NCBI GenBank assembly: GCA_051294905.1
Contig: CM119371.1
Location: 23,190,001-23,254,000, forward strand
Reading direction: 5' to 3'
DNA from: Botryllus schlosseri
Taxonomy: Eukaryota
DNA: 64,000 nt
Shown: piece by piece, positions 53,652 to 64,000 of the stretch
Numbering within the stretch: the stretch's first letter is position 1
Layout: every line of letters starts with the position of its first letter
Notes under the pieces: generated by a model
The model's input: only the letters and a program-made list of their open reading frames with translations
Told to the model about the DNA's origin: nothing
Databases searched by the model: none
Translations under genes and position numbers: made by a program

Positions 53652-54911
53652 GTTATTACGTCATGCCGGACCAAAGGGGTTCGCATATTTGCTTATGATT
53701 TCTAAAGAAGCAGGACTAAGGTTGGGAGCTTGAATGCAATGCAGGGTTGCCATACGTCCTCCCCTGAATGAATTGTCCTTCTATATGACGAATTCAAAAA
53801 TTTCCTCCGATGACCCCTAAATTTTCTGCTTTTTGTCAATTCGTCCCCCTCTATAGCCTTTAGTGGCAAGCGATTGTACATTGACAACAACAGAATACCA
53901 TAATTGACACCAAATCGAGATATCGACGACAGTGATGGCAATGAAAAAGGTAATCGCCAACCTTTCTTTCGTGAGTCGAGTGGGAAAAAAGCTATTTTTA
54001 AATTTTCAGAAAATTTTTCAAATGACCCTATGGCGGATTTGTATACTGCACATACACCCTCGACGTCGGATCATCGAATTAACAATCATTGCTGCTGATT
54101 GTGCGCGACCATGTCTGGATTCCTACTATTTAAAAAGAGCTTCAACCGATGCTGTACGGCCTCACCTGACGAGTGCTGCCGCCTTTTTACCTGACAAGTG
54201 TTGCCGCCTTTTTATCTGACGATCGACCGACACTGTACGACCAACGCCGTTCATTTTATCCGATGTTTTATCCTTAGTCCGTCGATGTTTTCGCTTATAC
54301 AATAAAGTGCCGGCCAACGTATTCGCCGACTTTCTGTTGCGGACCCTAGAGGGAACGCGACGTAGTTTATACTCAGCTGGCGTGCCGTAGGGCGCCATAA
54401 CCCGTTGTCTCGGCCACTATTATTTATTTTGTAACTTGTAAAAAGTAAATGTCTTTTTTCCGAATTTCCAATATATGGTAACCATAATGCTGTGAGAAAC
54501 TTGAGGTATCGGTTAAAAATATGCAAGTACATAACATTTACGCTTGGAGTAAGTATTTCAAGGGGTAATACTATGTACAAGCCTCATACACAAATAAACC
54601 TTGATGACAGAATTTCGACCGTTGAGCGCCGGTACCATTCGCCTTCCATATATGATCAGAGTATTCATCGTAGGTACTCTGGTATTGTACTTGGCATAAC
54701 GTCGTAAATTTACACTAAAGTACTAGTTGAACTACCAATTTCAACGTAATTAATAAAGTATTCTAGGCCTAGTTATAACGAAAATTGGAAACCGTGATGT
54801 AGAATTAGTTTGAAATTATTAACTCTTAAGTAAGTCGTGCAAGAATAAAACACAACTGGGAAGTGCAAATGAGTAGAATCAATTCCTTACTGACTACCTC
54901 TTACCCTAGTT

Positions 54912-56153
54912 CAGAGGTCTCAAACTCAAATGTGCTCGCGGGCCAATTTCCTCCTTTTGATGGCGCCGCGGGCCGCAGCACCAATAATAGGGAAATTCAA
55001 TGTATTTCTAAGTAGGCCTTATTTAACGGGAACTTGCAGACTGACATTCATCACGCATCGTAAAAATGAGATTTACTATTGTGAATCCACGCCTGACAAA
55101 AAAAAATAAGATTTTTAGATATCTGAATAAAATTGTTGCTCAGTTTGTCAAAATAATTAGTTGTAGACACCATGCGAGAGTACAAATGCATCAGGACATC
55201 GTAAAAGCTGTTGGCTTATAATTTCGCAGCTAGCGGACATTTGACGTGACGCAATTATAGGGAGAATTTTAAAATTTTACAAAGATTGATCTGATATCAG
55301 AGCATTGGAGAAGTAGGCTGCAGCTCAATCCGGGTCTCGGGTATACTCCTGATAACTAGGCCATTGATCATGTCATTGCCAAGTCAAATTAAATCAGTGG
55401 TAGATTTAGCTTCGACTATTTGAACAGATCAATAACAACTTGAGTATAATGATTACTATGCCATAGCAATAGAAAATGTCCAATCGCCCAATAATCCATT
55501 TGTGTTACAGCTGTGAAGCGTAGGCTACGAATACTTTATACTCGCAACATTTAATTTGCGATGGATAAAGATACCCAAGATCACACAGGGTGTAACCAAC
55601 TGTACATCAAGCGGCAACATAATGCCAATGGTTGCCATACCGACCTGCCTAGATATCTAAATAAGCTACAAAACAAAAGCTATACGATCTTTTTGATATT
55701 TTACCCTTTTCCATACCAGTTTGATAGTTTGTTGCGTCCGTGATTGTACCAAGTCACAGCGTTCCGTGTCACAAAAGTTTTTCTCTGATTGCATCTTTTG
55801 ATGCGACTCAACTCGAGTCATTTTTTATTTTATCACCCATTGAGTCGGAGTTCGAGTAATTCTACAAAAGGTCGCACCCAAGTCCAAATCACAATTTTCA
55901 GTACGAATCATCAACCGGTTCTGTTTCACCATCATAAACAAGTAATGTCACGTAATAAGTAATCTTCCATCGAGTCGTAACTTTTGAAAGTGATGTAATA
56001 GTGAGGTTTGATGAGTAGTTTCTGGCTTCTGGAGTAGTTTTAGAGCGAATTTTAAGTTCTTGAATAAAAAATGGTAGTTAAATATTGTCGAACACTTTGA
56101 AATCTAAAAATGCCGTTGCGGGCCGCATGCGGCCCGCGTGTTCGAGACCTCTG
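54912..56153 (+). mobile_element. hAT (Buster-type) non-autonomous element (CAGAGGTCTC TIR), copy 1
   Basis: CAGAGGTCTCAAAC..GTTCGAGACCTCTG termini; perfect TSD CCCTAGTT; colinear with 59132-60702. Confidence 0.9.
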
Positions 56154-56245
56154 CCCTAGTTGAACCGGCGCGCTTCTCTGACTGACTGCTTGATTACGTG
56201 GCGAAAGTAAAACGTCAAGAAAATGCATACTCTAAATTTCGATGT

Positions 56246-56511
56246 GGTGAGATAGCGTAGTGGTGCCATCCATAGCTGCGACACCAATGTATTGAGGGTT
56301 CGAGTCCAACCGAGTTCAACTCCAGAATTTTTGGAGGTTTATCTTGGCTACGCCTCGCCATCTCATCCACTATCTTATAAAAAGCCTAGAGCTGAGCGGT
56401 AATTAACGTCGGCAGCTACGGAATAAAAATGAAGAAAATTAGTCTGCCGTGAATGACTAATTGACCACAGTAGCCGACGAACACCATAAGTATACCTCAA
56501 AACAAACAAAC
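56246..56511 (+). mobile_element. Putative tRNA-derived SINE
   Basis: Pol III A box TAGCGTAGTGG (56253-56263) and B box GGTTCGAGTCC (56297-56307) at tRNA-like spacing, then a ~190-bp body and an (AAAC)n tail. No clean cloverleaf or TSD. Confidence 0.65.
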
Positions 56512-57862
56512 CATAGATTTTTCAATGGTCTACTAATAGATGTTGTAAGGGTGACCTCGATACCACAGAGATGAAGTTGAACGTCACAACTCATCAAGGG
56601 CATTTATTGGTTGTTCTTATAGAGTGGCTTTCTGAATGAAATGCCTGGTCACTAGAGTATTTTCACACTTTAAAATTTAATTTCGCGCCATATCCTATCG
56701 AGGGAGGGAGCAATGCCTTGTAATTATTTATTCGCCGGATAGGTGGGTCAAGGAAAATTTAACCGACGAAAGCTTTTCCTCGATTCTCACGTTCTGTAAT
56801 TACTTCACAATTACCTGTCACAGTATCTGAACCAAAATTTGGAGGATACTTTTTACGAAATAAATCAACTATGTGACGATCTGCACCGTCAGCATTTCCA
56901 CGTTCATCTCTAACAATCAGCGTAGATCAGTGCTCTTCGACGTTTTTCGGAGTGGTACACCCTTTTAACGTTTGCTCAAAACTCGTACACCCCTGTTCAT
57001 TAGGGGTCTTCAAAAATGACTTTTTTCTCAAATCGTACTGGCTACTTGATAAAATTGTTAGGTTACCTAATTTAAGCCTACACACCAAATTTGGTTCGAT
57101 TCCAACCAGTAGCCGCATTGCTACGGGAAAAGTAAATAACGAAAAATTTGAAATTTTTTTGTTCACCTGATGAAAGTATTAGGTTGTCTATAAAAGCGAT
57201 GTTCTTCAAATTTGGTTCAATTCCAACCAGTAGAAGCGGAGTTATTGCCGTCAAAAAATTTGAATTCGAATAAAATATTATTTGGTCACAGAGTCTATTC
57301 GCCGACAGTTAGGCCGCATGTCACGCAAATTGGAATTCATTTCGTGTCAGCCCAAAAACAGCATGACATTACGAACGATAATCAACCTAAATGTAACAGT
57401 ATTGGGGAGAGAGTAGGTAAAGCTACTGCTGCAGAAGCGGTAATTCATATCAGCGATGATAGCAGGCGTACCAGCCTACTGCGTAGCAGGCCTGCCCCAC
57501 ACCACACACAGTCGATAGTAGCACATGGGCTGCAAGAGATGTCAGTAACCTAAGATCGTATGTCGCTATACACAGTCTATTGTCGCTAATTTGCATCACT
57601 AATAACAAAATATTAAATTGCAAATGTATGGCGAAATATTGGACATAAAATCGGCATTTTAAAACAAAAGGGTTTTGATTTCATCATGGATGCTGTTTCG
57701 ACCCTGGCTGGCTACGTCACTTCATTTATGTGCATTGCGGTATTTATTAACGTCGGGTATCAAGTACCGATTCAAGTAGTCTCAGCTATCGCGGCGGTTT
57801 CCTCAAAAATCACTAAAAGACAAATGACTAGCTGAACACATGTTTGTTAAATGCATGCTTTC

Positions 57863-58853
57863 TAGGGATGGTGTGAACGTGAGGTTCACGTTCGCGTTCT
57901 GTGTGTGAACCTCGAAAGTTTAGAGGTTCGCGTTCACAACAGAACCTTGGTAGGTTCTGCACTGTGAACCTTATTGGTAAATTACAATTTTCACTTCATT
58001 ATAAGATCTTTGGTTCACATTTATTGCATTTCAACTGTGGGCTACTCTATGCATGGCGCTGGCAGCATAGAAAGTCAACACTAAATGAGCATGCACCTTG
58101 ACAATTTTAAAAGTTTTACTTGCTTTGTTACAAAAATGTTCTCGAAATATCCAGCTTTCCGTTCGTGAATATTTAGTGACTTTCTGCTGTGAGATTGACC
58201 CACAATCACACAACATGACGAGCGAAATACGTAGTCAGCGAATGATGCTTATTCAACCAATCAATTACATTGATATCGTTTTTAGGTGTAAAAAATCTAG
58301 CAGGCGTACGGGGTCAATTTTGACTTCATATCTTTACTGTCCCATTAAAACCAAAACCGTGCGATTAAGGTGTTGGCTACTGCTGTATAACTTGTTGTTG
58401 TTTGTGGTATCGGTAGCCAGTATAGAAACCCGTTTCACCCTCTGCTCAATATCAATGTAGCAATACTCAGACTCCGAATACATTGTCCGGTCTGGCCAAG
58501 ACCGTTAAGCCCCAAGCTTATATTCCCTGGTAAGTCCTCGTCGAAATTGTTGGCAAAGCGACGGAGGGTATTGATTTTATGGGAATATTATATTCTTTGA
58601 CTACCGCGGTTGATACATTCAGCAACGTTTGAAACGCCAATATATACTTCAGCATTGTGGCATTATGTGGCCCGTGTCGTCGCTAGGTATCGTGTACATT
58701 TTTATAAGATATAACTTCATTGAAAGATAGGGTTGGAATTAGCAATATGACGTCGCGTGACGTCATGAGGTTCACGTTCGCGTTCACACAGAACCTTTCA
58801 AAAAGGTTCGCGTTCACACGAACCTGAACCTTTCGAGGTTCACACCATCCCTA
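57863..58853 (+). mobile_element. Non-autonomous DNA transposon (TAGGGATGGTG TIR), copy 2
   Basis: Same TIRs and internal sequence as 11619-12993, but without the RTE-like insert. Confidence 0.88.
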
Positions 58854-59131
58854 AATTGCTTTCCAACACCAAACGGAACCACATTGGTCTATTGCCGACG
58901 GCTAAATGAATACGAGAAATTTGTGCTTATGACATCACAATCAAACGGTGTACAGTATTACACTTGAGATAACATCGTACCATGCTCATTAACCTGTGCG
59001 TCAACCTGTACTGACCCATAAATCAGCATTTGTGATAGCTAGCCATCAGCTCATTGTAATTAGGATCTGGTACACCCCTGTACACCCCATCCGAGTTGTA
59101 CACCCTTTGCAAATTCTGGTACACCCTAGGG

Positions 59132-60702
59132 CAGAGGTCTCAAACTCAAATGTGCTCGCGGGCCATATTTACCAGTTTTTGATGATGCCGCGGGCCGCAG
59201 CACCAATCTTAGGGATATTCAATGTATAATTTCAAAGTAGGCTTTATTTGACGGGACCTTGCAGACAGGCATTCCACAAAATTCGTGGTAATGTAATTTA
59301 CTATTGCATTATTCACTTTTGACACGAAAAAAAACACATTTTCAAATATTTCAATAAAATTGATTTTGTGCCGGGCATATTTTTTTAAATTAATTAGTTA
59401 TAGACATCATAAGAGAGCATGCCTCATGACATCGTAAAACTGTCGGGTTATAATATTCCAGCTAGTGGACATTTAACGTGCCACAATTATATGTAAAATA
59501 TTTTAAAATCTACTGAAGATAGATCTGACATCAGAGCATTTAAGCGGTGTAGCCTAATCCTGGTTTTGATACAGTCGTGATAAGTATCGGCTGTTGTTAT
59601 CGTCATTGCCAAAGTCAAACTAAATCAGCGTTAGATTTTGCCTTCGATTAATATTGGAATACATCAATAACCAATAACAATCTAAATATAATCATCATTG
59701 AGCCATAATAATAGCATTGCCTCTTAACCTTTTTAGCGATCGTAACCCTTGTGCTTCCGATAAGATTTCTCGTAAGCGTAGCCCCTGTCCATTTACACCA
59801 CAGTTTTTGATGGTATTAAAAACAGAAAACCCGTTAACATGAAATCGCGCGTAGCGCGGGGACTATTTCCCAGTTGAATCTATTGGCCAAGAAAATATTC
59901 CAAAGCGTATAGGCCTAAATTCACAATGCATCTCGTACACCCTGATGTGATGCTTCGTACCAGTATGGAGTCTACGGACCCTGGTTAAGAGCCCCTGGAA
60001 TTGAAATGTCCAACCGGCGATGAATTCATTGGTGTTACAGCAGTAGAGCGTACTACTGTCTTACTCGCCAACGATAATAACATGGATAAAGAGAACAAAC
60101 AACACCTAGCATATATTCAACTATAAGTCACGGGGGTCACAGAATACCAATGGCTGCCACACTGACCTGATTAGATAGCTATCTACCCCACGCAACGCAA
60201 GCTACAAACTTTTGATATACAACTATTTCCGATGACAGTATCATAGATTGTTGCGACCGTAGGATTACCAACCAAGTCACCGTTCCTAGTCGCAAGTCCT
60301 TCTCTGATTTTGACGTTTGACCCGACTCAACTCGAGTCATTTTAATTTAATCACGCAGTTAATCCGAAGTTGAATGACGAAAAGGTCGCATCAAACCAAA
60401 TCACAATTTTCAGTCACGAATCATCAAGGGGTCATGTCTTATCATTATAAACTAGAAACGAGACGTAATAGCCGATCTTCCACAGCATGGTAGCTTTTAA
60501 AAGTGATGTGACAGTGAAGTTTGTTGAGATTTCAGTTATTTTATAGTAGTTTTAGCGTGAACTTTAAGTTCTTATATCTAAAAAGATATACGGCACTCGA
60601 ATATATTGGTGAATACTTGAAATTCCAAAATGCCGTCGCGGGCCGCACAATATGGTCTCGAGGGCCGCATGCGGCCCGCGGGCCGCGTGTTTGAGACCTC
60701 TG
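59132..60702 (+). mobile_element. hAT (Buster-type) element (CAGAGGTCTC TIR), copy 2, nested
   Basis: CAGAGGTCTCAAAC..GTTTGAGACCTCTG termini; perfect TSD CCCTAGGG. Confidence 0.9.
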
Positions 60703-61584
60703 CCCTAGGGTGTACGACAACCCCGGTTGAAGAGCACTGGCGTAGATTGTGTCTAACGGCAGCGTTAGCATGAGTGAACAACGGCAATCATTCTCGAATC
60801 AGTAAGCTCGGCGTTGACACACTTGAAATATTGCGCCATCACCCCAAGTAGAAAAGTCTACGGTCCTTTAACAGTTATTGTCACGCGGATGCGTCGTTCA
60901 AAAGCGCTTCGCCAAATTTAACAGACCGCGTGCCCGCAATGTGATTGTCCTGTTGACTCGTTTCGACATGCCTGATTCAAATCATGTTGCGTCAAAAAAG
61001 CGATTCGATGTGCACATTTCAAGTCGTGGCAGACAAAGTAGAACATACACCATCCATATCGTTCATACTCCTCGAATTATTGATATAGTCCCACTTTAGG
61101 CGGCGCTTGCGGTAACGGAATCCTTCGGCCATCGAATTACACTTATTTCAGTTACAACGCTGCTGATAGAAGTGGGGCAACGAACTAAATCTTCATCATT
61201 GGCAGGCCTGCGAAGATTAAGTACGAATTTTTTCATATCCAAAGGAGGATTACTGCATACAACGTCATTTTGAATGGCGTGTGTTGATTTACTGTACAGT
61301 AATGTTGGGAGATTACTGATCACACTACCAATACCAGCGGCATTTAGGTATGTGCGGCATATAGGTATGTGCGGCATATGCAAACTATATTTGTGGATGC
61401 TGCAGTATAGCGTCAATGCTGCTGGCACAACATCACAATATCATTGCAGAGATCAGGATTTTATTCACAAACTTTATTCTTTGCACAATGTACGAAATAT
61501 TGTTACAAAATCACTACAGCCATGCGATTTACACACATTTACAGGCATGGAAATATGAATTGGTTACGCAGGAAACGAACGACA

Positions 61585-62517
61585 TCAACGGCGCTGAATG
61601 CTGAAGATGGATACTGATACCAACAATAGACTAATGCCAACGTAATTGATCAACTGGATTTTCTCATTATCGATAAAACAAACCGGAATGTATTCCAAGT
61701 ACGCATCGTCCCACAATACGAAAGAAGCAAAGGACTGTGAGAGTTGATCCACCACATAACAAAGCACCTTTAACGTTGAAGATATACTGCCGTCGTGAGG
61801 TAACAGAGGAGTGAAAATGTAGTACAGAGAAACTATTTTCTTGTCTGTCAGATTCTGAAACCACCTGACGAAGGAGTCACGCCTCTCTTTTTCGTGAAAG
61901 CAGACAATCATTGCCAAGCGCAGACACCAATGCAACGCAATGAATGCAAAAGTCCAATATTCCGCAACATATGTCATTTGCATTAGGAAAGCCATTTTTG
62001 CGGCAAATAATCCGGCTCTACTCCCAAATGAAACGATAAATTCTCGATAAGACCATGGAATGCCTCTGTGTTCTAGGTACGCTATATGCGGCATATGGAA
62101 CCCAGTAATTATTGACGTGAAGAATATTGCAATGGGTCCGTAAAAGTTCACTTTATCTACCTCTTCCTCTTCGCAGTCGGGCATCCGTGTATATATATGA
62201 AGCCAAAGATGAGGAATAGACTGAAAAAGTGCTTGAAGTACACTCGCAACGGTGTAATAATTTCTTGTCCGGCTTTTCCACTCTGTGACATTGTCTGCGA
62301 TGGACCATACATGGGCCGAATAGAACGACAGGCCTATGATCAGGAGCCAACCGACAAACGCACTCAGCATCATAAGAACTGGAACAACAATTCTCTCCGA
62401 GAAGTCATTGTTGTCCCAGTAGATGGCAGCCGTACCTAGCGCAGTTACACCGTTAACCACCATCAGAACATTGAGCAGACAGTAGCATTCCATTAGGATC
62501 TCGGAGCAGCGAGGCAT
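61585..62517 (-). CDS. Divergent XK-related multi-pass membrane protein, paralogue 4 (310 aa)
   Basis: Uninterrupted ORF with LQALFQSIPHLWLHIY, RAGLFAAKMAFLMQ, FIALHWCLR, YYIFTPLLPHDG and CFIDNEKIQL. AATAAA on the minus strand at 61460-61465 and 61473-61478. Confidence 0.78.
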   Translation of the reverse strand: MPRCSEILMECYCLLNVLMVVNGVTALGTAAIYWDNNDFSERIVVPVLMMLSAFVGWLLIIGLSFYSAHVWSIADNVTEWKSRTRNYYTVASVLQALFQSIPHLWLHIYTRMPDCEEEEVDKVNFYGPIAIFFTSIITGFHMPHIAYLEHRGIPWSYREFIVSFGSRAGLFAAKMAFLMQMTYVAEYWTFAFIALHWCLRLAMIVCFHEKERRDSFVRWFQNLTDKKIVSLYYIFTPLLPHDGSISSTLKVLCYVVDQLSQSFASFVLWDDAYLEYIPVCFIDNEKIQLINYVGISLLLVSVSIFSIQRR

Positions 62518-63909
62518 AGTCGCCGTATTTCAGTGAATACAAACGTGGCTATTCCAGGTCAGAAGACCCCGACGAGCAAAGCGTTCGACTGTACGTAGGC
62601 CTACTAGACAACTATGAAGTACGTACACCTACAATATGATATTTTAAAAACCTGTAGCAATTATATGAGCATCGACCATTCACTACCTGCAAGAATTTTT
62701 CTCTTGATAAACGGCCTATTCTATTAGTCTCCACGCGCACAAACTAGCGTCTATAACAGATCTTGCACTTTCGCCAGTTTTTCCGAGATACGGCAGTGCA
62801 ACTGTGACGCGGAGCAACGCCATGATCATAAATGATGTAATCAGTGATACGCGTTTGAAGTTTGGAGCAGTCCGTAAATGCCATTGACTATTTGGCATAG
62901 CGGGATCTCGTCAGAGTACCGTTGATTACTACGTGGCGCATGTCTAAACTTTCTCAGCATTCACACTAATTACTGACGAATTACTAGTTCATTCACAGTT
63001 GGCTGGCAATCGGTGACCCAAACAGGGTAAAATATAATTAAATAGTTTTGGACAGGAGAGGATTACAAGCGTGACAGTAACATAATGTTAAAAGCATCCA
63101 TAACTGGATGAGAACCAAAGATTGTTATAACCCTCTGAGCAATCATATTTTCTGACCAGTTCAACAATGGCAACCAGCAAATACCGAGATCGCCCTTGAA
63201 GATGATATATTCATTGCTTTTGCATCGTTACAGCGAACGGTTCATTTGCTTGTATCTTGTTAACGTTATAAAGGCAAGAAAAAAGTGACATGCTATTGCT
63301 ACGCATTTTAACTCAGGGGAGGTAAGTTTTGGAATGGAATTGCAGGCAGTCAATTTTTATTAAACTCTTTCCACAATGTACTGTACCTAATATAGCTCAG
63401 TGATACTCGGTTTCTAATCTGGTCACTTGCTATTATCACTAGCAAGTTCGAACGTAATATATAGATATAAATATATTCACATTGCGTACGAAAATCCAAG
63501 ACAAAGATTGACTCAAAACATTTCATGACACCAGACGACAAGCTAAACGTACATTTACTGCAACCGACGTCCAACCAAACCCTTACACTTTCAAATATAT
63601 AGCATTTTTATACATAAACGAGTACGAACTCCCACTTGGCATAAGCATTCCAATCACAAACATGCTAACCAATTATATTCTGTCATTTTTCGTCACCCTG
63701 TCATTTTTCGTCACCCAAGAAAACCAATCTACCAATGACAGAAAGATTCCAACCGGTACATCTTTCTCGTGACTGAAAATGTAAGGTAACTTCGTACTTC
63801 ACTCTCTTCTACTCAATCTCCAACATCTAGATGCACGCCTCAGCATCACTCGTTCTAATCCCCCGGTCTCCGGCACTATTATTATCTTACCAAAGCCATT
63901 CCTCTAGAA

Positions 63910-64000
63910 GAAGTGAGCAAACTTTTGAGCTCGCGGGCCGTATTCAACATCTGAATCCATTCGCGGGCTGCACTATATAAAATTGCGATTATAGACCAAA
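63910..64000. mobile_element. Left end of a second copy of the 26009-26880 element, running off the window
   Basis: GCAAACTTTTGAGCTCGCGGGCCG.ATTCAACATCTGAATCCATTCGCGGG is nearly identical to ~26018-26070. Confidence 0.8.

Larger units (their letters stand above)
56928..60739. mobile_element. hAT (Buster-type) element (CAGTGCTCTTC TIR, GTACACCC repeats) hosting nested elements
   Basis: CAGTGCTCTTC..GAAGAGCACTG termini; perfect TSD GCGTAGAT (56920-56927, 60740-60747). Confidence 0.88.

Noticed and set aside
56246..56320. Functional tRNA gene
   Set aside because: A and B boxes are present, but no convincing acceptor or anticodon stems were found. A SINE head fits better.
11611..58861. Left flank of copy 1 (AAGCAATT) is the reverse complement of the right flank of copy 2 (AATTGCTT)
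   Set aside because: The copies are in direct orientation, so this is not the signature of a composite transposon or a simple inversion. Probably chance or target preference.

Overview
AT-rich, transposon-dense eukaryotic DNA from an invertebrate animal (inferred; the taxon cannot be fixed from sequence alone). The only clear host genes are four uninterrupted multi-pass membrane-protein ORFs on the minus strand (23198-24292, 38745-39722, 46393-47424, 61585-62517). They look like a divergent tandem cluster of XK-related (Xkr/CED-8 lipid scramblase family) genes. Three of them are close paralogues that have lost acidic residues typical of the family. Most of the remaining sequence is mobile DNA: a 5'-truncated, frameshifted I-group LINE with RNase H, a disrupted Gypsy LTR element with a tRNA-Trp primer site, an RTE-like LINE stub, a tRNA-derived SINE, a Chapaev3-like relic, and many non-autonomous hAT elements/MITEs. 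Many of these have intact 8-bp target-site duplications (TSDs) and are nested up to four deep. Family assignments come from motifs recognised by eye and need HMM confirmation.
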